From contig NC_087245.1 in the NCBI RefSeq assembly GCF_037042905.1, forward strand, positions 15,688,001 to 15,752,000: DNA of 64,000 nt, read 5' to 3'. Below, piece after piece: positions 1-11,300 of this stretch. The notes beneath the pieces were generated by a model that saw nothing but the letters and a program-made list of their open reading frames with translations, had not been told where the DNA came from and searched no databases. This stretch comes from Lytechinus pictus. Lineage: Eukaryota. Position 1 is the stretch's first letter; every line of letters starts with the position of its first letter. Position numbers and translations under genes: made by a program.

Positions 1-2058
1 ATTTTGTTTTATTTGCAATTAGGGAATCACTAATTGCATATTTTCTCCCAATTTTTGTTTCCCTGTGTACGCTGTTCGCCAAAGATCTCTCTTCCCGACC
101 ACCCCTCCCCCATAGTACAAGACAAGTCGTCATTAATATATCCGAAGGCACCCACCCGGTGTATTTCTTTGCTAAACTTAATCAAGCGTAGACCTACATC
201 TCAGTGCAGTCCTACCAAGGAGATATCTCCTTGGTCCTACTAACTGTCACCTATAAACGATGAACCACTGCTGAAATGTATTAGTATTTGATATAATATA
301 ACCATCGCATGCAATTTGCAACATTGTAATTTAATGGTGATCTAAAAATAGTTCTTCATTTGCTATATCATTGTCGTGACTCTCCCCGGTGAGTGTCATG
401 TTTGCGTATATGGCTCCAGGCTTTCACCGTTTTACGGCATTGGACTTGCTTTTCAGACAACACTAGGGAGAGGTTGCCAGGGCAAAAACTATCCTAGTCA
501 TTGGTACTAAAGCGATGTCCGTACTAATTAGAAATACATTATTTTCGGATGCTCAATAAAGGAAAGCGAGAATGAAACCACCAACAGTAGCCAACGACAG
601 GGCTTGTTTCATAAGCACACAAACGGCAATGAGATGAACTCGTTAGGATTGGCGCTGGTATCATTTTCATGCTATATTAAAATCATGGACATTCATTGAT
701 CTTTATGCACGGAGACTATATGACACGGATCTATACCCGAGGATGACTATAGGCCTGTTCGCATCCATCGCATGCAAGCTGTAAGTATAATATTACTAAT
801 CGTTTCCGTGTTTTAAATATTATCATAACGAGGAAATTAACGTGTATCAACTGTCCACATACGTTGGTATAAAAAACATTTGCCACCAACTTGGACATTC
901 ATCATTCATGTAAATGCATATAGTTGTCATGCACGTATGGGTTCTCTCATTTCTATATATTCATTTCTAACAACAAGGTGTATATTCCTAAGGCCTATAC
1001 GAGGCAAGGCTTTTTCAAAACATTGATTGGTGACGTTGCTCCGCGGCTACAAGAAGATCCATGTTTGTTCATTATGTTTGCATGAAGCAAACATACTTAG
1101 CTATAGCTAGTTACAAGGACAGCAGTGCATCACTGTGTTGTAAAATTCAGCCCAGATAGGCAAAACTGCAATTCATCCAATTTAATTCAATTTAGATCTA
1201 TCAACCTCGATTCATGCCAAGTCAGTTTAGTTCATTTCGATTCGATTCGACTAAACTTTTTTTTTTATTGTATGTTTCAGTTTGATTTGATATAATTTCA
1301 TTTTGTTCATTTATATTCGTTTTTTATTGTAGTTCAGGTTTATGTATTATAAATCGATGGAGTGTGGCCCAAGTTAAACCTGGTTTAACTAAACAATGGC
1401 TATCGGAATGCACCCATTTTACTTTATCAAATAAAAATTAAGTTGATAAACAATTCACTTAACCGAATAAACTAAGTAGCGTAAGACCAAGAGGATGATG
1501 GAGGGAAAAGCCTAATTAGAAATGATAAAAAAGAGGTAATATTGATCAAATGGCAATTAGACCATATTGCCAGCAGTAGTATATAGACGAACTGCAGACG
1601 AATTAGGATTATACCATGCATGACATGAGACCAGAATTGAAGGTAAAGTTATATGATTTTTAACATGACTTGTTCAATTTTACGAAGGATTGGCCAAAAC
1701 ATGTGTTGATGAATGGGTATGTTCTGCCACAAAAGTGTTTTTAAAAAAGCAAACCATAATGGATAGGAATTCAATGTGACCATTTTCTGGTCAGCAAGAG
1801 GACAGACAAATTTACGTCCTATTATGAGGACTGGTACGCAAGTTCCCATTGCGCTTATCATTGCCGCAACGCAGGTCATGTGCAGTTCTACCAATGTTAA
1901 TTGGGTAGAGTTATACTGTACAATGTACATGATGTACGACCATTATTACCCATGATGATAATGATGATGATATCACATGCACGCTCTTCAACTCGAAACT
2001 AGATTCTTGACTGTAAGGAGCAGTAAAAATGTATTCCATATAGGATGATCTTTATTAA

Positions 2059-2598
2059 TGGTTGGAATAAAACGCACGAGTTCTCATATGAATACACCAT
2101 TTATAATGCTATTCAGTGCTTCAAGATATTGGTCTGATTCATACACTGTTTTACTTAAAAGACATCTGCTGACCGTCAGTGCTGATTAGATTCGCTATTG
2201 CCGATTGGCTGAGAAACACTTATCTCTGACAATTACTATGGCAACTATCAGACGATTTGTCATTGCAAACAACTTTCATGCATGAAATGTGCATGAAATG
2301 GTGCCCATAATTACCAGATTATCTTCCCCTTATCACGTTGCACATCGAATGCACTGTTATTCAAAGGAAATGCCACTCAGTGAACATAACATGAATTACA
2401 GTATTAAAAATCGATATTTTGATAATGATATATTCTTTTCCTTAAAAAACCCTTCACATTCTCCATTGTCTATCCACCCGAACATAATCATATGTCAGCG
2501 TCACAATCATAAAAAGAATTGTTAAGAAATAATCACCAATGCATGACAAAGTTACAAATACCCTTTAATAACCACAGCTCTATACAAATCCTTCACAA
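2059..2598. repeat. ~540-bp segment A, first copy (second copy at 4524-5057)
   Basis: Near-identical direct copy read by eye, with a few substitutions and a short indel. It explains the twin ORFs 2289-2525 and 4748-4984. Confidence 0.95.
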
Positions 2599-4270
2599 TG
2601 TGGCGTCTATGACGTTTGAGCAAATATGAATTGCGTTTGCGTTCAAGGTCAGATGTAAACATAACCCGAATCCACGAAGGTATATTGTATTTATATGCTG
2701 CGCCGACTTGCTATGCTACTCAAATGAAAGAACTGTTGTTTCCCAAGATCATAGCGCAACTGTAGTGTGAAGAATCTGTAACGAAAGCAACACAGATAAT
2801 GATTTTGTATTCCATTATATCGACAAATTCTAGTAATTTTTGATATTGATTAATTATACAAATTAATTGCGGTGATTTAAAATATTGTTCAAATGGTGTG
2901 AACTCTGTCTTGAGATGATAGATATCCCTTCAAACAAAGTCATGACTTGTGTTGATTATGTATATGTACTGATTCTCTTACAGGCAAGTTGAATAGTAGG
3001 CCTATTTTGAGAACGGGTATTTAAAATATGGGTGCATTATTCTATCAGTTCCGACAACCATAAAACAACAACAACCACCACCACCACCACCACCACCCGC
3101 GACTAACATGAATAAAAGGAAAATTAAACATTGAAAATCGTCAACAATTCACGCACATGAGAGCACTTGAATCCAGTGCTTATTTCGGCTAATCAGAAAT
3201 TACTTGCAATTTTAAGTAATTGAACTGTGGCAGGGGAGCAAGGACATCACCTCAAACTTAATAAATAATGAGCCATTTATTAGTTAGTATACTACAATAC
3301 GTTTTCGTCATCAATGTTCACAAGTGCATCCACAGCCCTATTGCGATTTTGATCTATGTAGATATTTTTACTCCTTTTCTTTGGAACAATTTTTTAAAAC
3401 CATCCCTTTTTATGTTTAATAATCTAGTGTTTATTTTATTGAAGCAAATCTCTCCCACTTCATCTTGCTCTTCCCTATATAGGCATACAGTCAGAAGGCA
3501 AGTCATCACAAGTATATCAACCTGAAATGCAATGAAAAGGTTATTCTAACTCACTTTACTATAGAATGATCTGGTACTTATTATGTATTTCATTTATCCA
3601 CACTGTTACAAAATTTCTCCGTAAAAACACCTCCCAGAAATACGCAAAAAGTTCCCGTGGAAGCGTCTCGAGAACACCTTTAACCTTAGTGCACAAATAT
3701 TGTGTAAAATTACAGAAACATGGTTTATGGGATATGAGAACTTACACATTTCCTGTAATAAAATTTGTTTTTCATGCTTAAAAGTAGACTTGATGACAAT
3801 TGTATTGGGTCCATCCAAAGTCAATAGTCATCATTACTCCAATAGGGATTTTATTAGCTGTTTTTGTGCGAAGTGGTCTAAATAACCATATCTGTTCAGC
3901 TGAATGACTGAAATTAATATTTTTGTTCTGCACGATGTCGAGAAACAATGACAAGTAAGTGGGCTTAAAAGTAATAAGATTGCCAGCATCAAATCATTTT
4001 CAAGGAGGAAATGACAAATGGAATGGCCATTGTGGTCTCGTATCTATATCTAGCTTGCATCGCTTAATTCAATATTGTTTCAGCATAATTTGTTTATGTA
4101 TTTTCAGAAGAGGGGACGCCAGTAATTTCAACTTACACTGTCGAGCCCATCGTAATCAAAATTCAAGAGCCACATCTCATTATATATTGAAATTGTTTTC
4201 CTCGGGATTACACAAAAAATGTTGTTTATAACGTATACACACAGTAACAAACTTATTACAGTAACAAATC

Positions 4271-5454
4271 ATGGCCGTATGCAGCGGGGGGGGGGGGGCA
4301 TTGCCCCACCAAGAGTTTTGAAACTATGGTTTGCTGATAATAAAGTTGTAATAGGAATTGTTATTTTTTATGTGATAATAAGTATTTAGGGAGCAAGGCC
4401 CGGGTAAATCACGCAAATATAAGTCTAGTTTGAATTCGGAATCCGCAGGTCGGTCGGCTTAAAGCGTACTCAAATTAGACGAAAAATGATTGGCGAATTT
4501 GGAATATTTTTGATGTGTAGGCTTGGTTGGAATAAAACGCACGAGTTCTCATATGAATACACAATTTATAATGCTATTCAGTGCTTCAAGATATTGGTCT
4601 GACACTGTTTTACTTAAAAGACATCTGCTGGCCGTCAGTGCTGATTAGATTCGCTATTGCCGATTGGCTGAGAAACACTTAAATCTGACAATTACTATGG
4701 CAACTATCAGACGATTTGTCATTGCAGACAACTTTCATGCATGAAATGTGCATGAAATGGTGCCCATAATTTCCAGATTATCTTCCCCTTATCACGTTGC
4801 ACATCGAATGCACTGTTATTCAAAGGAAATGCCACCCAGTGAACATAACATGAATTACAGTATTAAAAATCGATATTTTGATAATGATATATTCTTTTCC
4901 TTAAAAAACCCTTCACATTCTTCATTGTCTATCCACCCGAACATAATCATATGTCAGTGTCACAATCATAAAAAGAATTGTTAAGAAATAATCATCAATG
5001 CATGACAAAGTTACAAATACCCTTTAATAACCACAGCTCTATACAAATCCTTCACAAATGGCCGTATGCAGCGGGGGGGGGGGGGGGGCATTGCCCCACC
5101 AAGAGTTTTGAAACTATGGTTTGCTGATAATAAAGTTGTAAATCACGCAAATATAAGTCTAGTTTGAATTCGGAATCCGCAGGTCGGTCGGCTTAAAACG
5201 TATTCAAATTAGACGAAAAATGATTGGCGAATTTGGAATATTTTTGATGTGTAGGCTTGGTAGATAACTTAAAAAGAAAATGCAGGTCAAGTTCAGAGTT
5301 CGCAGGTCAAAGTTAAAGGTACTCAAAAAACGTACTCAAATTAGACGAAAAATGATTGGCGAATTTGGAATATTTTTGATGTGTAGGCTTGGTAGATAAC
5401 TTAAAAAGAAAATGCAGGTCAAGTTCAGAGTTCGCAGGTCAAAGTTAAAGGTCA
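4271..5454. repeat. Complex local duplication B(4271-4526) - A'(4524-5057) - B'(5058-5320) - 132-bp tandem copy (to 5454)
   Basis: atggccgtatgcagcgggg...gtaggcttgg recurs at 5058-5260 with an internal ~55-bp deletion, and cgtactcaaattagacg...aaagttaaaggt recurs at a 132-bp period. Confidence 0.9.
5284..5454 (+). promoter_or_regulatory. Two copies of a chain of nuclear-receptor half-sites (DR0/DR1 array), candidate PPRE cluster
   Basis: AGGTCA-AGTTCA-g-AGTTCG-c-AGGTCA-a-AGTTAA-AGGTCA at 5416-5454, and the same chain ending AGGTAC at 5284-5322. Function untested. Confidence 0.35.
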
Positions 5455-5521
5455 TATTGATATTGGTTTCCGTTTGACAGGGGATGTGCCAAAGAAGGTG
5501 TGGAGGGGCAATGTGATCTTA

Positions 5522-6903
5522 TACCCCCATCTCACTAGATGGCGATTCCGCTGCGATCGTCAAAAATCGACAAAGCGTGGTATAACGTAGCTTGATCGTG
5601 GCTTGATCTTTTGAATCTTCTCCGTCGTACCGTGATCTTTTCTGAAGCGGCAAGAATCGTCACCATCTTCCTGGTCGCCACAAAATTTTGAACATGTTCA
5701 AAACTTACGTAGCGAGAGCGCGGAGGTTCTAAAGCGCATCACAATCGAGTCATGAGCGTATTACAAACGACATATTCGTAGCTGTAACGGAGCTCCAACG
5801 CATAAAGCGTAGTAGAAGCGCATTAAAATCGGCACCGATCGCCCGTGTTTTCAGGCCCGTTCCCAAGACAATACTGCTACGCTGCTTCCGTTTACAAGGC
5901 GACTGCCTTGCGCTCGACACGCTTCACAGCGTTTCCACAGCGACGCTTTCTTCTTCGGGTGGCATGTGGCACACGATCTTAGCCCGCTGCAGGCATTCGC
6001 GTTGCGCTTTTGCTGCGCCGCTGATGACTGGGCAGCGATTGCGCAACGACCGTCCGCGCTGCTATAAAACGCCGTGCCGATGATGGCGGATTATCACATT
6101 TGCAACAGATTTCGAGGCGACACCACGACGTTTTCAAACATACCTCCCAGAAAAAGGACCAAAAAAGGGAAAGCTGCCCAAGCTACCCATGTCATGTCGG
6201 CGGTCCAAGAGGAAGAACAAGAGGTTATGGTGGTGGTAGAGGAGGAGGAGGAGGGGGTACAGGAGGAGGATGAAAATATTACTGCTGAGCCAGCTGGAAA
6301 TAGAAAAAGCGACGCTGACATGTTTTGATGACGAAATGGGTTACCTCTGCAAAAATATATGAAATGACTATGTTTTAAAAATAGATTGAATTCTAACCAC
6401 AGTGACAGTAGACAATATCAAATTTTGTTAATGATTCAACTTCTAACTGATGTTGTTGTAGAATGCTAAGATGTATAAGTCCAACCAAATTCTGGACATC
6501 CATCTTGGTCGGAGGTTGGCAATCGACTGAAGAATGTCTCATGTGCCGCGATTAATACGCCGATTGCTTGAAATCGTTTCAAGAGCCCATCATGAACGTA
6601 ACACAATCGCTCCATTCGTAGCACCACCGTACCGAGGTCCTAATTAGCGTATGAGCCTCGTTGTACGGTTGCTTTGGTCGCAGAAGCAGCGCATCACATC
6701 TGCCTTGAATCGCGGCAAGAGGGTGGCATCGTCGTACTATCAGCGTATTACCATCTTCTTCAGCGCAGGTCGGTCGCAGAGAAGTTGCAGTGCAATCGCC
6801 TCGCAGGCTAAAAATAGAATTCGAGGAAGATTCTGCTACGCTTTGCGGGATTTACACAGATCGCCATGGTCGCCATAATCGCCTTCCTAGTGAGATGGGG
6901 GCC
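5522..6903. mobile_element. Non-autonomous PIF/Harbinger-like DNA transposon (internal deletion derivative)
   Basis: TIRs taCCCCCATCTCACTAGATGGCGATT / AATCGCCTTCCTAGTGAGATGGGGGCC; flanking TTA at 5519-5521 and 6904-6906 (3-bp TWA TSD typical of Harbinger); CpG-rich arms. Confidence 0.8.
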
Positions 6904-7230
6904 TTAAAGGTGGCGTAATTCTCACTTGAATAACAGGGTTGATAGAAAGTCCCATGAATTATTCCACTCTTTTTGATACTCTTCTTTTTTGTTTCTAATT
7001 TTTCTCCCACTTGTCCATTTTTTCGTCCCCTGTCTCTATTATCACTTCTTGAAAAAAAAAAAACCATAGGGGGGAAGGCGGTCGTTCCCCTGACCCGAGT
7101 GACAACTGGCGATGCTTCGACCATCTGCGCAGGTTTAGCGCTATTTAAGAGAATCTGGTGCAAACGTGAAGTAGCAGTTTGACACCCTTTTCTCTACATT
7201 TGCTTGAAACGCTTGCGTGGCCGACCATGT

Positions 7231-7560
7231 AAGGGGTTCCCAGACCATCAGGAAAATCAGGGAAAATTAATTCGCGTTTTTTCAGTTACAGGGTAAACCA
7301 GGGAATTTGATGAAATGCCCCAAACCAGGGGAAAGTCGGGAGGCTTTTAATTGGCTAGCTTGTAGACGGCAAGTGGAAACAAGACCGCGAGTGTGACGGG
7401 CAAATGAGGCAATTCTGAGAACCGTGGCTTGGGTTATTTCGATGGGAGTCCACGAAAACATGTGGAAATCCGGGAATAAATTGAAATAATTATCTTGCTA
7501 TTCAGAAACTTCATCAGTTTCAAATCAGGTAAAATTCCTGAAACGCTGCTAACCTTCCAT
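7231..7560. mobile_element. Degenerate hAT-like MITE with repeated CAGGGAA subterminal motifs
   Basis: AGGGGTTCCC start followed by several CAGG(G)AA(A) repeats; the right end is poorly defined. Confidence 0.35.
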
Positions 7561-8025
7561 AATACTCCCTTCCAGCAGTTCAGAAGCAGAGTTTCAGCCT
7601 GCTAATTAAAGATATAAATGAATGTCATTAACTTCCCAAAGTATAAATCTATAATTTGTATAATCGCTTCAAGTAATATATCAGTAGCTTGACTGATAGG
7701 TGACCGTAGTATTGCAAAGTGATTTTGTTTCATTTTTTGGTCATAATGATTTAACAATGACCTAGGTTAGCACATTGCGTCAAATGTCAAACTTCCATTT
7801 CCAATGAATTGTAGGAATAGCTTTGCTTACCTCGAAAAATTCATGAATACAAGAGTGTCAGAATGACTTATTTATTCATTTTTTCTTCTTTTCTTAATTT
7901 CAGGACCCGATGACAGGTGATCGTATAGGAAACGAGAATATTAAATTTAATTTGATGACTTCGCAGGGATAATAAATATTGTCATTAGCTACGACTGATA
8001 GTTCACAATATAAACTGACACACCC

Positions 8026-8342
8026 ATGGACGCCATTACGATACAGTGTGACGGTCTCCGGATAAGTAAAGAAGACCGAATCGGAAAATCCGACATGAAT
8101 AACATTGAAACCGCCAATGACTTCTTCGTAGACGTCAAACCAGAGCACCACTGCATCGAAGTGGACAATGATGTCGAAGACATGGATGCTTCGTCGTCAA
8201 GTTCGGATGACTCGATCACAAAGGAAATTGTGTCTGATAGAGTGACGACGATGACGACGACAACGACGATGATGACGGAGAAGGCTGAACTGCCGTCGCA
8301 GACTTGGAATGTTTCAAGCTCGAGAGGGGAATCGCCAAATAG
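8026..8342 (+). CDS. PPAR: PPAR-like coding exon 1 (acidic, Ser/Thr-rich A/B domain); the exon probably begins at 7904 with 5'UTR
   Basis: Polypyrimidine tract plus TTTCAG acceptor ending at 7903, ATG at 8026, donor AG|GTACAT at 8342/8343 in phase 2, which matches the next exon. No homology motif, so the link to the gene rests on phase and position. Confidence 0.65.
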
Positions 8343-11300
8343 GTACATGTATACTTGTGTCGAGGTGGGGATTCCGTAAATTATTAATTTTGATTAGAAT
8401 AAATGGTCTGGTGCTTTTAATGACCTCTGTCATGACCTTCATTGGTTACGCTGGGATCGTGACCCGAATTCGCAAAAGTGGTTTTAAAAACCCACGCTTG
8501 AGTCCATGGTTTATGCAGATTTCCTGTATAAATTACGCTTAATTTAGCGCGTATCTGGCGCGTGTATAAAAAATGTCCAATTCTCATGCGCGCTTTTGTC
8601 ACTGTGCGCCAAATTGACGCCTGTTACCATGGTTAGATACACTATTTTATTCATGAGTCCACTGTTTTTATTTATGAGTCCACTCTTCAAATCTGCATAA
8701 ACCATGGACTCAACTGTGGGTTTTCTAAAACTCCTTTGTGAAATAAGAGTCGTATGGGGGCCTTTTTGGTAAATTTATTGACAATAACTAATCCACTTCT
8801 GAAAGCATTTCAGAAAGTTACAATTCTTGTAGATTCATACAGATTTATGATAACAATGGTTTTAAAAGGAGATATATTTATTGGAGTATATAGATGGTGA
8901 ATATAATTCCATAATTTGTAAATAATGACGTCACAATTATTATGGCAATAGCAATAACTATTATTTATGAATTTGCTTAACAATATTCAAGTGTTTCAGA
9001 TAGGGGTGGGATACGGTCAGAGTTCGAGATAGTGGGAGGGAAAGAGACACAGAATGGACAAAAGGGAGAGGGAGATATAGAAATAGACAAAGAGAGAGAG
9101 ATAGGGAGGGGGCGAGGGCAGAGGGGAGACAATATAGATAGATCGATGTAAATATGTGTTACCATGGTAATGTGAAGACCCACCACTTTCTATCCAATAT
9201 TAATTAATCAAGAGCATGATACGATATCCCATCCAATTAAGAAACTGCACAATGGGATTGAATCGCAGAAATTGGATCCCCGAGCTTTCATAATATCCTG
9301 TATTAAAGAATGGAACAGTTTACCTGTTGATATAAAAAAAAAGTAAAACTCTTTTCATGTTCAAATTTTTTTCTTCAAAATTTGCTTTCTTGACAGATTA
9401 TGATTATTTTTCTTTTCCACTTATTCTTTTGTATTTTATTATATGAAATTAGGTTTATTCAATTTTTTCCTCCAAGAACTAGAAAAATTGGATTGACAAC
9501 TGATTTAGTGCATTAGATATTTATTGCTGCAACTTATTTCATTATAAGGGAGACATATTATTAACACACGTATGAAATAATGAAAAAATTATGATTTTAT
9601 GTAATAACATAAGAAAACGGAAAGTGGAAATGTGACATCATCAGCCTACTTAATGAATATTCATGACGACTGTTTTCACAAAATATTGCTAAACTTTAAA
9701 CTCCAATAACTTTATTATTTGTTATCCGATTTTGATGAAATTTTTGGCATTTTGCTCAGTGAATTCTACTCTATGTATCAAAATATTAATATTTTCAGCC
9801 CGGACCTTCCCTTTAAGAGAGTGTAAATGTAACTAGAAAAATTGGATTGACAACTGATTTAGTGCATTAGATATTTATTGCTGCAACTTATTTGATTATA
9901 AGGGAGACATAGATTATGATAGATTATCAGGCTCTGGGGGTGGTGTATGTTTTTATGTCCGAAATGATATTGCATTCAATATCATAGATGTTTTAAGTAC
10001 AGGTGATTCTGAATCACTGTGGATTAATTTGCTTCTACCAAGATCAAAACCAATTATTGCTGGCGTCATTTATAGGCCTCCGAAAAGCAATCAATTTATT
10101 GAGAAGATGTCAAATATTCTCGATATATTAAAGAAAGATGATGAAATTATACTTTTAGGCGATATGAATGTTTGTCTTTTTCAGAAATCTCCACTGGCTA
10201 AAAAATATACTGACTTATTGAGTCTTCATGGATTTAGCCAACTCATCAAAGATGCAACCCGTGTCACTCACACATGTTCTTCTTTATTGGACCATGTGAT
10301 TTGTAATAACGAACAAAAAATAAGTCAAAGTGGTGTTATTGATCTTGGTATAAGTGACCATTCTTTTACTTTCTGTACACGAAAGAAAATTAGGCTGGCT
10401 ATAGGTGTTCACAGAACCACTGATATCAGATCGTTGAAAAAATATAGCGAAGAATCTTTCAATCTTAAACTGTCTGCCGTTGATTGGTCAGATTTAACCC
10501 AATGCACTGACGTAAATAAGGCTTGGTCAGTTTTTCAAAATACTTTTATTTCAACGTTGAATATGATAGCGCCTCAAAAACGGATTAGAATTAAACAGAG
10601 ATCAGAAAACTGGATGACTAAAGATATTATTTCTCTTATTCGAGAAAGAAATGTGGCGTATAAAAAAATGAAGAAAAATCTAAGCGATCAGGATTATGAC
10701 ACGCTTTCCAAAAGATACAAGAAATTAAGAAATATGGTTCAAAGAGAGGTGAAAAAGGCCAAATTAGAATACCTACAAAATAAAATAGAAGAAAATAAAA
10801 ATGATTCTAAAAGACTTTGGCAGAATCTAAAAAGTTTGGGATTAAAAAAGAAAAATGGAAAGGACCAAGAATTAGTCGTTTCAATTGACGGAGAATTATG
10901 TCATGATAAGATAACTATTTCCAATGAATTCAATTCCTATTTTACAAATGTCGCAGCTACGTTGGTAGATAAACTTCCATCTTGCAAAGACATTTTCAGT
11001 GCAGACAGTGAAAACATTCGTAAATTTTATGAAAAAAAGGGTATAAGCCAAGATAAATTTGAATTATTACCTGTTAGTGATCAATTCATTTTTAATGAGT
11101 TGCGTAAATTAAATGTATCAAAAAGCACTGGGTTAGATTTGATACCTGCTAAATTTCTAAAAGAAGGAGCAAAGAGTTTGTACAAACCATTGAATTTCTT
11201 AATAAATCTATCTATCTTTACTAGCACTTTCCCAGAGGATATGAAAATTGCAAAAGTAACTCCTATTCATAAGAAGAAAGATAAAACTGCTGTTGAAAAC

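Noticed and set aside
2643..2651. TCAAGGTCA (ERR/SF-1 type site)
   Set aside because: A single 9-mer is unremarkable in 64 kb without other support.
2289..4984. Two near-identical 78-aa ORFs that look like paralogous small genes
   Set aside because: GTG-started chance frames inside the duplicated segment A, with no motif and no splice signals.
6074..6328. Acidic 84-aa ORF as a host gene
   Set aside because: It lies inside the Harbinger-like TIRs and is better explained as a transposon gene stub.
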